A DNA stretch of 64,000 nt from Podarcis pityusensis (Eukaryota). The stretch lies in NCBI GenBank assembly GCA_964106645.2, contig OZ067043.1; one strand, 5' to 3'. A program made the position numbers and the translations under genes. Positions 23,401-38,400 of the stretch are shown here, piece after piece. Below the pieces are notes generated by a model. That model saw only the letters and a list, made by a program, of their open reading frames with translations. It made no database searches and was not told where the DNA came from. Numbering within the stretch: the stretch's first letter is position 1; every line of letters starts with the position of its first letter.

Positions 23401-26400
23401 CTGTGGTTGCAGGCAGTTGGGTTCCCACCTTTCGAGGATCTGCCAACCACTCTTCAAATAAGTACCAATTTCATCAAGAGGTATCATTTTGGAGAATCTC
23501 TTGCACAAATAATAGATAATGACACAGATTCTGCCAAAAACTTACCTGTCAGTCATGTTGAGCTTATAAATAACGTCAGCCTAGAGGGGGGAAAGCAACG
23601 AAAACAGAAAAAAGACTTTTAAAAAATTAACTTTTGTGCTTTTAAAAAACTTGTATTTTTGTGCCATGAAAGAAGCATGCGTCCTAGAAAATTCTGACAA
23701 ATGAGAACACTTACAGTTGCAGCTCATACATCCTAATTAATTTATATACTGCCATAGTGTGAAAAGCAGATTCTGTAAAAGACTGAGAACACTGAAGACT
23801 AGATAACTATTTGGCATTACAGGTTATCAGAATCTTAATTTACTGTTCAGAGAAGCATAAGGAAGCAGCACAGCTTGCTACAGCAATTTTGTTTAAAAAA
23901 TGAACCAAAACAGGATCAGGTATAGTATTAGACAGTACAGTAATCCCACAACATGCGTCTATAGCTAAAATCGTCAAAACACACTGGGTTTAATAGCAGG
24001 TGGGATTGACAAAGTCCCTTTTCCTGGACACCTGCCTCCTTTCCGCCCTGTTTAATTTTTAATTTTTTCCAATGCATAAAAGTTAAATGCTAATGAATGT
24101 GTCATGGGCTGGTTGGATTCAGAGGAATTGTGGGGGGAACCAGCTAGGGAATCCCCAAGGGAAGAAGACTCAGAGCCTGGGGTGTGGTGGTGGGATGAAG
24201 ACAAGTGGTCAGAGGGAGAAGAGGGAGAAGCCTGGGGGGAGGAGGTGTCGGAAGATGAACAGGTAACAGGGCTTAGTGAACAGGAAGAGTGTGTGGCAGA
24301 GAGAAATCCAGAATCATAAGCTGAAGCAGGAGAGGAGGAAGGCCAAGATGTAGAGATGAGTCAGGCTAGTGAGGAAGCGTGGGGGTCTCTTCCTCTTGCT
24401 GTGATCAGCTCTGCTTCCCATTGATCCCCCAGGACCAGTAGAGGCATGAAGTGAGAAGAGCAAAGATAGGCATGCCGGCACAGTCTCAGATTGCCTGGGG
24501 ACAACCCTGGAGAGGAGACTTAGGCAGCTGTGGGAAGATGGGGACCTTTAGTCTCTGCAACTGCTTCAGAAGAGCAAGGCCTACTGAAGGGACTTGCTGT
24601 GCTCATTAGACCTGGCACTGCTGTGTCGATCCTATTTTTCTAATAAAGAGTTAACTTCACCTACTCTGTGTGATTTACAGCTGGTTCGCTTCTGGCAAAG
24701 TGTTATTTTGACACCTAGAGAAGGGTTGGTGGAACATTTCCAACTTAAAAGCTATATTTCCTCTTGGCTAACCTTCTGAAGAAGGATGCAGATGGTGCTG
24801 TGGGTTAAACCACAGAGCCTAGGACTTGCCGATCAGAAGGTCAGCAGTTTGAATCCCCGTGATGGGGTGAGCTCCCATTGCTCGGCCCCTGCTCCTGCCA
24901 ACCTAGCAGTTCGAAAGCACGTCAAAGTGCAAGTAGATAAATAGGTACCGCTCCAGTGGGAAGGTAAACGACATTTCCGTGCGCTGCTATGGTTCGCCAG
25001 AACTATAGTCATGCTGGCCACATGACCCAGAAGCTGTACGCCGGCTCCCTCAGCCAATAAAGCGAGATGAGCACTGCAACCCCAGAGTCAGCCACAACTG
25101 GACCTAATGGTCAGGGGTCCCTTTACCTTCACCTTTAAGCTTCTGAGGGCTGCATGCCTATGGTGGGAGGATCCAGAGGCAAGAAGTGGGTGGAGCCAAG
25201 GGTGTGACAGAAGTTAACCATGAAAGTGCCGGGGGGGGGGGGGGAGGAGAAGACAGGCAGACAAACCCTCCATCTAGGCAAACAGGAGAATTATGCAACA
25301 TTCAAGTACACATTATTGAGGTGGACACAGAGCAGGGCCAAGGGGGCCTGGCATGAGTAGAGTCCAAAGAGCTGGATACAGAAGCCTGGAAGGATGCATT
25401 TGGCCCCTGGGCCTGAGGTTTCCCATCCCTTCCCTAGAGCACATTGCACAAAATAAGAGGGCCACAGAAGGCTATATACTGCCATCATGCTTAACAGAAA
25501 ATAGAATAAAATGTAGTATGACACAGAATCATAGAACTGTAGAGTTGGAAGGGATCCCAAGGGTCATCTAGTCCAAGCCCCTGCATTGCAGGAATCACAG
25601 CTAACATAAAATGCACCAGAGTGGGACGCTAACAGAAATAAATGGATCATAGAAGCCTATGGAGAATGAGACGGTCAAGAGATGCTTTACTGAGGTGAAT
25701 CAGAAGACCACAGAAGGACTGACCCCCCGCTGACTACAACGAATGATAAATTGCAGGGTGCGGAAATGGGCGCTGGTGGTTTTCTTGGCACATTTGGAAT
25801 CAAACTGGGCAAGACATAAGAAATCTATTAATAGATATCCTGGTATTTCCTTAAAAGGGAAGAGGAGTAGCAGCTACTGAGGGCAGGAGGGAGATTAGGG
25901 TAATAGCACTGAGGGAAGGGGCTGAAGCGTTTTGTCTACACAGTTTTCCTAAAATAAATCCTCTCTCCTGAAACTGCTATTTGCCCCATTGGGAAACATG
26001 TCTGGGTAAATGCAAGACTTAAACTTGGTATGGGACAATGAATGCGACAATGCTGTGATTGGTGAAGGGGCTCAAATGAGGAGACTAAGCTATCCACTTA
26101 GGTTACACAACACTTTTAATGAGGGACGGGGGAAGATCCGAATTAATTAAAATATATCTGCAAGGCAACAGTAAAGAGCACATTAGCTTGCAGAAGCATG
26201 AGTCGTAAGCAGAACAAGCAAATTACTTGCTCATACTTTGCAATGTTCATAATATAAGCAAGCTCTTATACAAGAAACAGATCTGAAGGGCAAAAGCAAG
26301 GAAGATGTATGACCACTTGAAAAAGCTGAGACAATGGCCTGGTTCTCCTGCAATATTAAATCGTGGTTAAAATAAGCTATGCCACTGAAATCACAAGCAC

Positions 26401-29400
26401 TATGCTCCTTCTCCACTCCTACTGGGAAAGAAGTCGTGGTCTGGCTTGTGTTACCCGAACCTTGTTTCACTCAAACTACGAGTGCTAAGTGGCTTCCCTT
26501 GTGGTCTGTTTGGGATGAAACAAACCATAATCAGAAAAAAGAATAAGCCAGATCATGCAGAGGCAGATTTAGGGGAGTGCAAAACCCGTTCAGTCGCACT
26601 GGGTGCAAAGCCTCAGGGGCACCGCAACTATGAGTTAGATTGGAGCATGAGAGGAGAGGCAGAGGGCGCTGAATTTTGTACAGCTGGTTCTTCCTGCATA
26701 AGTGCATAACCTTGCATCAGTCCCAACTGAAATTTATTTTGTTAGCTTTGGCTTACAATTGTAAATTTATAGTCATTTCATTGCAATGATTGGTTTTATT
26801 CAAGGTGTAAAATACCACATTTTTATCTTTACGGTTGTAACAGTATTTTATACATTGCCCTGGGTGCCGAAATGGCAGAAACGATATTATGATTATTATT
26901 TTTTGGCAAACACAACATGAAAGTGATATGAAAAGTTGACTTACAATGGCTCCCTTGCAAAGACTGCTGGACACATTGCAAAGTCTCTCTCTTTCTCCTC
27001 TGTGAACAATGGCCCTCTGGGATACCGTAGTCTAGGGCAGGGTTGACTTAACCATGATGCTAGGTAAGAATTCAGTCCCTGCTGCGGTGTAATTAATTAC
27101 CAGGAGTTCCCCGTGTGAAAAATTTGCTTTCTTTCCCCTTGCACTGGGATTTATTAAAAGTCTCTGCAGTTCAGAATACAGTAGCTGCTTAAAGTAGCAT
27201 AAGGCAAAGGAGCAACAACTGGGTGGTATACAACATTAGTCATACTCAGTGAAATCAATAGACTTAGGTCCACTGATTTCAGTGGGCCTACTCTGAGTAT
27301 AACTATCATCAGTTATCACCAGCTGTTTCTTCCTCATGTAAAATACCAACATGGTCAGCATGAAAAGCTGAATACAGTGGTACCTCGGGTTACAAACTTA
27401 ATTCGTTCCATAAGTCCATTCTTAACCCAAAGCGTTCTTAACCTGAGGCACACATTCCCTACATAGGCCTCCTGCGGCCCTGGAAGTGGATTGCATTCGT
27501 ATCCCGGGGCAAAGTTCGCAACCCGGGACACCTACTCCCAGGTTTGTTGAGTTCATAACCCGAAGCGTTCGTAAGCAAGACTGTTCGTAACCCGAGGTAC
27601 CACTGTACCTGTAATGTGTAAGATGGAGATGATAACTTGTTGAGGGTGCTTCTGATCAGTCAGTAGAGCATGAAACTCTTCATCTCGGGGTTGTGGGTTC
27701 GAGTCCCACATTGGGCAAAAGATTCCTGCATTACAGGGGGTTGGACTAGATGACTCTCATGGTCCCTTCCAATTCTATAATCCTATAATTCTATGAATGC
27801 CCAGGTGGGGGGTGGGGTTTGAGAGGAAAAGGAAGGGAATATTCTAATATGCCATCAAGTTACTCTAAAATTTCTGTATGCACACACCTATGAAATTTAT
27901 CTTTAAAAAAAGAATTTTTTTAAAAAAAGAATTTCCTCAGCACTTCTGGATATTTCTCCCTTGCTTTTTGCCCCGGTGGGAAGGTAGTTCTCTCGTTTCT
28001 GAATCCCTCATGTCATTCAGCTTGGCCCTATTCCTAGATCAACATCACCAAAGACACTTTGATCCTGGTACGATGCAACATTCAGTCCAAGAGGGAATGT
28101 GGATTTCTGAAGGTTGCGTCTGACATTACACTGTTCTGCTTGACAAATCAGCCAGAGTAACAGCCCAACCCTGCACCCCGAATGTCATCACAGCCAAACA
28201 CTATGCTGACCCAAGTCTGCTTGCTAGTTGTGTGTCTGAGATGCCAATCTTTCCAGCGCCACAAAGTCTCGTGTCTTCAGGCATTTCTTTCCACAATCCT
28301 GTATGTGGATTGCCCTTAGCAGAGGCCCAATATTTCACACCACAACAAACAGCATACACTCAGGCAACCTCACCTGACCCAAGAAGTAAATTCCTCCACC
28401 GACAATGAAAGCCGAAATTGCTGTCCCAATCACAGAAAACAGTGTGATGGAGCCGATGTTCTGAAAGAAGTTGCCCTAAAAACAGGTGGAGGGGAGGAAC
28501 AAACAATAGTGAGTTTAGAGAGGACTTAAATCTGGGTGAGGAATCATCTGGGTTCAGATCCGGAACCTGGAAGCTCAGCCTCTGAACGCATGAAGTAATC
28601 ATAAAGAATAATGTACTGGAGAAGCACAGAATGTGTTTGCCCATGAGTAAGTAAACAGAGCTCAGCCATGCATGGCTAGGGTTAGCAGACAGGGCTTTCA
28701 GAACCTGGGGCGCTGACTTCTAGGAAGGCCTAGCATCTCATGTTCTTAGAAGCTAATTGCAAAGTGCAGACATTTTTTCATTCTATTAGAGCAAACAAAG
28801 AACCAAGTGCTTTCACAGCTGTTTGGTTTTAAAGCTGCTGGGGCACTTACATGCCCCACCCTGATGAGAGCAATCAGTGTGCAGAAACAAGGCTTTCTCC
28901 AAGATGAAATAGATCACTGGCTGGCGGAACAGATTGTTGCCACCCACCTCGCCCAACAAACTGCCTGTGTAGCTGATGGAAGGAGGTACAATCTTGGCGC
29001 TTCCCTTCCTCAGATCAGTACTGATATGATTATTAAATGCATTTGAGCCAGATGAACCAAGACTAAGGTACTCTCTTTCCCCTACTTCAGGAAGCACTCT
29101 GGAATTCTGCCCTGTTGGAATCTTTCTTTAGTGGATCTAGTGGAATCTTGTGGACCGCAATGCTGGTATTGGGCATGGAGATAGTCAGGCCTTGCAACAA
29201 AGGACTGAACTAGAACGCTCTTTGGTTTTGACTTTTTTTTATCAAGGCATAAGTAATGAAGGCATGGTAATGAAAGATACAAGCCTCAATATTAGGATCA
29301 CCCAAGTTCTTCTCTTAAGGGCTGGTTCAAACATGTATGAATGGCCCATCACATCATTGAGGTACCATGATGAGAAATTAACATTCTGCCTTTCCCAAGA

Positions 29401-32400
29401 GTTTCCAGCACTTTAGTAGCTAAGTGATGTGTGAGCCAACCCTCAGATACACTTGACATAAAATGATGACATTTTAGTGAATATCTCCTGTCAACTCCAA
29501 TGTAGCTGTAATCACAGCACTGCCCAAAACACAAACATAGCTACAAAGGATCTACGATTTCTCACCTTGTGTAATGAATACCCAGATTCAAATATAATTG
29601 GTGGAAGTAAAAGAAGAAAAAACATATTTGGGCGAAACATTTCTTCTTCCTGTAAAATACAGTAGACAAAAAAGATATATGAGAAGGAAATTTCAAAATT
29701 TGTAATTAAAAGGATAGCACATCTGGAACAAACAAACCCAACTCCAGCTTTTTTGAAGCGTCTACCAAAATGGGAATATTTTAAGAAACAAATACACTAG
29801 GAAAGGAATTTTATATTAATCTACCTCAAAACCCACCGTAAAGGGGGCTTTAGGACAGCAAACATCCTCAGGATTACCTTTAAATTGCCTTTCATTCATC
29901 TGCTGAAAAAAGGAAGCACAATTTGAATTGCTACATCCAAATAAATAGCGAGGGAAAGCGAGCCTACTGTGCCGCAAAAAACTACATTTCACTATAGGAA
30001 ATACTGAAGCATTCTTATCTTTGGCTTTCAGAATCAGAAATGCAATCAGTAATAAGTGGAACTTTAATATGGATGTGGAACTGTGATGGGTTCTATCACT
30101 GATTGTCACAGATGCACGCTATCTACATTGACAAAGGTGGCTTCCATACTATGGAAAGTCCTCCTTCCACAGTGTGGAGGCCACAACAGGTGCAGAAATT
30201 CCAGGCAGAGATGAGATACAGGAAATACATTGTTCTTGTAGCTCAGCATCTGCACTGGTTCCTTATAGATAGTAAGCATGTTTCAAAAGGCTTGCTTTGA
30301 CCAAGAAGTCTTAAATGCCACGTTTTACAATCCACAGGTACCACCCCTTTCCTAAAGCCCAGTCATGACACATACCATCAGCTGGGAATACTCTTAATGG
30401 CATTTTATTGGTGAACTATAATGGACTATAAAGCAGCATGGTCACTTCTTGGTCCAGAGCTAAGAGATTTCCCTTTCTCTGACAAACACTAAAGAAAGAG
30501 TGTACATTCTGACCCGTTAGATTATATCTGATCTTTACTGAGCATCTGTTTGTGGGGATATTATGTAACAATGAACGTTCATCCTGATTTGCTTGCAGGG
30601 TGTTCATATGTCTTCCCTTTCATCATCCATTCATCCCACACTGTTCAAAATTTCTCCATCACCTTCCTAACCGCAAAAAGTCGATTTCTTATCTCAAGTG
30701 GATTTGTAGTGCTAGAGTGACAGAGTACTTTAATCCACTTTAATTGTTCCAGCTTTATGTGCCTGAACCACCACCCGCCACACAAAATAGCGGAGGCACC
30801 CTAAACAACTCTCTGAGGCTGCATGACCCAAGCAACAGATTCACACTCATTCTTCAGGGGCCATAGAGGTCAGTTAGTAGCAATAGATACTTCCCAGGCT
30901 GCTTCCCCTTTTTCTGCCCAAACCCACTAAGGGAAACAGCTACATAAAACACACAATTCAGTCCTCAAGTGTTTTCAGCGTTGGCTCACTAGCCCAAACA
31001 GGTAACCTAGGCACAGGTGGAGATCCCATCAGGGAGAAAGGCAATAGCAAAGGAACTAGTCAATAGAGAGGGGTCAAAAAGGAAGTCAAGAACAAGAGTC
31101 AGGTAGATACTCCATAGCTAAAATGAAGGACAAGATAGTGGCTCTAGGGCAGAGTGGGGAATCAGGGAGGGTGTAGTAAGATGTTTTGAAACTCAGAATT
31201 GTGGCTCCAGGTCAAATCCTCAAATACTAAGTTATTCAGTGATCCACAAAGCTACACAGGAAGGACTAACAGCTGCTTTTTCCTCCAAATATTGCAAATC
31301 TCTGATATTAATATAATTGATGGAGCTTAAAAGCTCACATATTGTGGGTGTTGGGGAAAAAGCTTAACTCAGACAAATTGGTTTTAAACAGTCATTTGCC
31401 ACACTTTTTGTTTTTTAAATGCTGCAAGCTGACATCAGCAAAACCATTTTGTCAATTTCTCATGGCTTTCTCCTGCATTTTATATTTACAAGTACAACAT
31501 TTGTACTGGAAATTACATAGGGCTGCAGATTTTTTAAGTGCTGACTTTTAAAGTCCGTCATTCCAATTGAATATCAGGCTTGTAAAGTGCTGATAACCCT
31601 TTTTTAAAAAAGAGCTGAACACATTTCGTGATTTGAAGTAGACCACATTTTTTATTATGATTCTTAAAAAAGAAATCTAAGCAACTAGGTATTGTTATAT
31701 AACCATTACAGGTGGGATGGGGAATTGAATCAAATGGATGGAAAAGGGGGGTATATAAAAAGATATAGTGATATAAAAAGTATAGAGAGAATTATCTCAT
31801 TGTCTAGACAGATTATTTCCTGTTTCACAGTGAAGAGCTATTTTGCACCAGGGCGGAAGTGAAAGTTGCCCATAAAAATAAACAGAGAAACCCAATACTT
31901 TAATATAGCTGGGATTAAGGACCAGGGTGTCCATCCCCACCCTAATGTCAAAAGCTCTATTATAGCACCCACCTTTTGCAATGCCCACCCCCAGGTAATT
32001 CATGAGGTGGAGACAGTAATTGCCTTTAAACACCTCTTAATCCCTTCCCAAAACCATAAAAACTGGTGGCCATCCCCACATCCTGCGGCAAGGCAATTCC
32101 ATAAAGTAATGACATCTGCCGCTCCAAGTACGATCCCCAGCACCTCCAGTTTAAAGGTCTTTCAAGGTAACAGGACCACAAAATATTTCTTGGGAGATTC
32201 TGGAGAGCTGCAGTTAGGCAAAGCGGACAACACTTAGATTAGCACTGATCTGTTTGTATGCAAACTTCCTTCCCTAGCTGTTTCTGAAACTAGACAAAAG
32301 CGGACTGGGTCAAAGCACTGTGTAACTGCAGCAGCCTGTAGTGGGGAAACGGAAGCCCAACAGATGCTCCCGAGATACAAAAAGTAGTAGTTAAAGGTAT

Positions 32401-35400
32401 AAAAGAGCATAGGGCTGGTTGGGAGCAGGCAGTACTTAAAGCAGGGATGGGGAACATTCAGCCCATGGACAAAACTTGGCCCACCAAGGCAGTTTTCCCC
32501 AAACCATGCCCAGTTGCCCCACAACTTATGACTTATGTGGCACCATACATGATGTCATGCGAAGCCGTGGCTGTTGCACAGAGAGTTCAATCCTGCTTGG
32601 TTCAGATGCACCAGCCAGTCCCGCTGGTGTGGCTGGTGTGCCCAAAACAGGTAGGGTTGAACCTAAGTGCATATGCCTTAAAGGAACATGCTGGACAGTT
32701 TTTAGCTACTGGATTTTATTTTTCATTCACTGATTCGGCTCGTTTTTAGCAGCATTTCCAGGTTGGCTAGAGATGAAGAGTGCCCAGTTAAGCTATGTCG
32801 GAACCGTAAGTGACAACTTGTGCTGCCTGCCTCCTATCCTCTCCTGCATCTGGGCAGGAGGGAGGGAGGGAGGGAGGGAGGGAGGGAGAGAGAGGAGACT
32901 GTTGAACTGCGGGAAGGAAAATGAGCTGCAACTAGAAAATTATTAGGAATGGGGCACACATCTCTCAGAGTGCTAACATCTGTGTGGCAGGGGTGAGGGT
33001 AGGTGCAGGCAACTGTATTCCCCTTTCCGAGTCCCCTGGACTAGCCCAGTGCTTCTTAAATGGTGATGCCCCAGGCAGCTGCTGCTGCTACTGCTTCTTT
33101 TGTTGGGCTGGGATGACCAGTGCAAGATTCGTCCTGCTTCAGGGATACAAAGCAAGGAACCCTAAGTGGCACTTCTTTGGCTTGCTCAAATTAAGCGCAG
33201 CATAAAAGATATGGTAAAAAAACCCAAGAAGTTTAAAATGTTGTCGGAGTACCTTCCAGTTGGCTAGCTTTTGAGCTTCTATAATTTTTATAAATGCTCC
33301 CATGAGGATACCTAAAAGGAGAGAGAGAGAAAAGCACAATATGAAACGTGAAAATCAGAGTGAACTTGACTCATCAGAGTGTTCAGGTGCTCAGTTTTGT
33401 GTGAACACAAAGATTTTTTGTGAACACAAAGATTTAGAGTGGTGTCGCCTCACCTAAAGGACAATCCTGTGCACATCGCAACTATGACTCAGCCCACCCC
33501 AGCTCCAAAACACAATTCCACAATCCAGGCAATGATAATACATTTCATGCAAATACAGTTGTACCTTGGAAGTCGAACGGAATCCATTCCAGAAGTCTGT
33601 TTGACTTCCAAAGCGTTCAGAAACCAAAGCGCTGCTTCTGACTGGCTGCAGGAAGCTCCTGCAGCCAATCAGAAGCTGCAGAAGCCCCGTTGGACGTTCG
33701 GCTTCCAGAAATAGTTTGCAAACCAAAACAGTCACTTCTGGGTTTGCGGCTTTCGGGAGCCAAAAGGATCAAGAACAAACTGTTTGAAAACATGACTATA
33801 ATAGCAAAATATAAATGGCAGCATATTGACACCATGGGGTTATTAAGTCTGCACACATAGCTTATCATCGTCCATTTCATTTAGATACCTATTTAAACTG
33901 CTTATATTAATGTATAAACATGATTCATAGACTATTATTGTTAACGTCAGCTGCCAATGGATTTTTGTTGCTGTTGTTGTTTTCAATCGACGTCAGTACA
34001 GATTCAGTGAGCTTTGCTCATTCTCCTCCCCTTTCCACCCATTTTCCTTCTCCACCTATGTTTTTAGGCAGAGTACAAAATAGCCAGGGCTCCAGGAGAT
34101 GCATAGCCTTATGGTATTCCCTGCCACCTCATATCCAGGAAATCCTTGCAACCCAGAAGTAAAAAAGGGAGGCTAAAAGGAGATCTCTTGGCCTCAGTTC
34201 CCCTATTGCAAACTTGAAACAACGACCTGGTAGCCTGACTGCAGAAAACAACCTCCTGCTTCAAAACATTTAGCGGAAGAAGAAGTCATTGTTCTACTGG
34301 ATTGGTAATGCCTTGGTTTCTCTTCCTTAATAGTTCATTCCTTCTTCCTCTAAACTCTCAAGGAAGGAACCTTCTAACTCCTCCTTCTAACTTAGTTGTT
34401 CTTAAACTTTTTTCTCTGGGCCACACTTTCAGAATAAAAATTTGCTCGCACCACACCAATTTTTCATTGATAAAAAATGCATTGGAAAACAAAAAGAAAC
34501 AACTCCTCGCAATGCTTGATTTATAATATAGAACACAACCACTCCATAATATGAACACCCAGAAAATACAAAACAATGCAACTGCATAAGAACATAACTC
34601 ATTCCCAAAATATAATTATAAATGAGCCTCTTACATGTGTACTTTACGTATGCAGACAAACTCAATGAGAGGTGTGACCTTGTTTGAGAGGTGATCTCAT
34701 TTATCTTAGGTTTAATTTGAAACAAACTCTCATATCCTCATCAACACAAAGAAGCCTCTCTCGTTTCTGAACTTTCATATTTCTGAACTATGAAAGTTGA
34801 AAACTCCTGTTCACCCACAATATGTTGGACAGAATTGCAGAATAGCCAATATTCTTGCTCTAATTTGGAAAAAATATCTATCCATACGCTGTTGTATCTG
34901 TCTGTCTGCTTGTCTGTCTAGCTACACAAAACTACACTACACAACACTATTTAAATGTTTCTTTGATTGTCCTTGAATCTTCCCACTACACTTGCCATCC
35001 CCTTCTGCCTCACCTTTTGAGAACCACTGTTCTGTGCTCGCTTCGGCAGCACATATACTAGAACCACTGTTCTAACTCAACTGAGATATCTGCAGGTCTG
35101 TCTGGCACCTATAGTTTGTACAAGATTCCGCCCTCTCCCCACATAAGTGAAATCACGTAAAGTGGGGGGCACCCTCTAATCACCGTTTTGGCCACTCTAT
35201 CTCTTCAATCCACACAGAAAATACTGTATCCCCAAATATCCACAACTAGAACTGAAGTTCTGGGGCTGACAGGAGGCTGGAGGATGCAAGGGAAAGCAGC
35301 TACTGCTGCTGAGCTACCCCGCACATCAGCTGTCAGTCGTGGAAGCTGAGCAGCATAAACAAAGCCCTGCTGCGCCTCTGGTCTCTCTGGGCTCTGGGGA

Positions 35401-38400
35401 GGGTCTTCTTGCAAGTCACGAGGTCTCTCTAGCCCTCTCCCACCATTTCCGGGTTTGAATTCAATCATTTATTTATTTCCCGACGCTGCTTGCGCACGAG
35501 GCAATCACACATAAGTGTGGGTGGGGGAATGCTTGGATTTACTTCAACACAGAAAAGCATGTGTTAGGATGCAGGAGCAATTCTTTATTCTAACTCTGGA
35601 AAATATGGTTTGAGAACTGGAAGTGAGAGTTTGGAAGGGTATTTTTTTAGAAGAGGCAGATGCCACTCTGACCCACAGAAGTGATCAAAAGAGCATCACA
35701 TGAACTGCTCCTGATGAATGTGTTGTAACGCAATATACTGTGAAAATATGAAGCTTGTTTGTCTTTCAGGGACAACCTTCTAAGTATAGGATGAACCCTT
35801 AAAAAATTGCAACGAAGGGAGAGGGGGAGAAGTGCAGCTACAAACCAAAAAGAAAGCAGTGTGTGATGCAACAGAATTTTTCTCTTAATCTTTTAAACAC
35901 AGGAATAAGAAGAAGCCCAACTTATATTTACTTGTGGAAGGCATTTCTTTTCCAGCAAGCCTTTGGGTAACTGTGTGTTCAAGACTGAGTTGTTGCATTA
36001 TTTTGTGGATTTTCATTTTAAACAGCATTTTTGTTTTAGCTGCTTATGCTGTTTGTTGTGACCCACCCTAAGATCACATGTGACGAGGCACAGGTCATAT
36101 AAATCTCACAAATAAAGAAATAGTTGAGAAGCAGAAGCTATGCAGAGCTGACTCCCACTAATTCCAGCAAAGTCATCCTTCCTCCAAGGAACATACAACC
36201 AAAACCAGCCAATCAAATGGAACAGCGTCAACTGAGCCTTCTCTAATCTGCCACTTTCCAGATATTCATAGAAACTTGGAGTCAGAAGGGACCCCTGCAA
36301 TGCAAGAACCTTTTGTCCAGTGTGGGGCTTGACAACTACCCCTTCAGTTCAGAACTGTAGGCAAGCTTTCCAGATACCTTGCAAACTTAAAACAGGTTAT
36401 GCTTACTTTGTCCTTAAAAACTGTTAACAAGGCTTTGGTCACATTTGCATTTCATAGGCTGGAAGAGAAGACCTACATTTCCAAACTTGGCAGGCCGTGT
36501 TGAACAGCTCAATCTATTTCCCACAACCCACAGTGCTGAGAAGAGTTTGCTTTCTTTCTTTTTTAATTAAGAAGTTTTATGAAATCAGAGAGATTCCAAC
36601 TGAAGAGTTTCCTAAGCGTAGAACATGATGCCCTGCAGGCATTTCCATAGAAAGCTACAAAGGTATGCATGTAAAATGGGACAGGTGAGCTTATTTTGGA
36701 ATGGGTGGAATCTCCTAGCCAGCAGGAAGGATGTGATAGAAAGCAAATCCACAGGAGAAACCAAGAATATTGCTTAAACAATAAGATTCAGCAACTGATA
36801 GGAAGGTATCTGAATACTGGCTGGCAAGCTTTTATCGAGAAACAAAACAAGAGACAACTTGTTCCAAACTATGCTTGATGTGTCACTTCTGCACTGAGTG
36901 AACTGTGGGAAATGTCATAACATAGCTGATTGCTTGAAATCTCAAGAGTGACACATTTTCCGTAACTGTTCATAATTAATGCTTTCGTTCCCCATACACA
37001 TTTTACTTTAATCTCTTATGTATTACACATTCATCTGTCGAAGAATAGAACCTGCTACATTAAGCCTGTTCAACCAATTTTCAAACCTGCTGCTAAACAC
37101 ACACACTTCAACATACCAGCTGTTATGATACCAACTTCTTTTGTAAGCTTTTCAAAATGCTCCAAAACACATTTAGCCTGGGACAGACCAGGATGTGGAT
37201 AGGAGACCAAGTGCAAATCCAACATAGGTTACCACAAATTCTGCCTCAGGCAAACATAAAAACCAGCCAATTTTTTAAAAAACCAGTAAAATCAATTAAA
37301 TACTTTCCATCAACCACATAAAAGTGGTTGTTGCTTTTTCAGAAAGAGAGACCAGCAAAATTCACAAGGCAAAGGTTCAGAAACAAGATCTGAGTGCTTA
37401 ACAATGCTCATCACAAAGGAAAGAATTAGAAGGCCCTCAGTTCTTCTCCAGCTCAGATTGGAAGCCAAATTAGAGAAGAGTTCTCAGTTTACCTCCCCAT
37501 TCAGTCCCAAAATAGCTGGTGCGGAGCAAGTAGTGGTTACTGCTGAGTAACTTCTTGCCTCAAGGAGTCTACAAACATAGGAAGCTGCCTTTTGCCCATC
37601 AAACCCAGTGTTTGTACTCCTGGGATCTCAAGCAGGATTCTGATCCATCACTTAATATCTGACCCTTTTAACTGGGTTTTAAGTGGCTGAAACTGGGACC
37701 CTCTGTATGCAATGCATGTGCTCTAGGATGGAGTTAAGGTCGCCCAGCTATCCCATCCCCCCAGCTACATTCAAAGCTGCAGTCTCTTTCAAATATCCCC
37801 ATTGATTTCAACGGGCCTTTGGACTGGCTCGTAAATAGGCTCAGCAATTTACAAATTCTGAGGGAAGCGGCTGGTTTTATTTCTGTGCTAACCCAATGTG
37901 GTCCATGAGGAACCATTCCTAGTAATATTCAGTAGTAACTGCACCATTACAGAGCACTAGAAAAATTTGCACACACAGAGGCTTAAGAGGGCAGAAGCAC
38001 AGGAGACTAATGGGATTAGCACTTCCACCACTTTGACTAGAATAGAGATCTTCAATGGTCGCCTTCTGCAATACTGCAATGGGATATCTTGAATGCAGGG
38101 GGAAAGTGTATCCAGTTGAACCAGGGCAAGCCCAAGACTATTTGCTGCCTGTGGAAAAGGACAGCGTACCACTACAGCCCCAGTCCACTTACAGAAGGCA
38201 ACCGGACTAGCAACCAGCACCAGCCCATGTGGTGGGAACTGTTTTTCCAACACTAGCTTTGCTGCTGCATACATGGATGGGGCTGGGTGGTGGCGAGGCT
38301 GGGGCTGTGTGCATGCCCCAACAGATCCAATCTCACACTCCTGCCAGTGTAACTATGCAACTCCAGCTACACCCAGCTCAGGTATGTAGTGGCGACGGTG

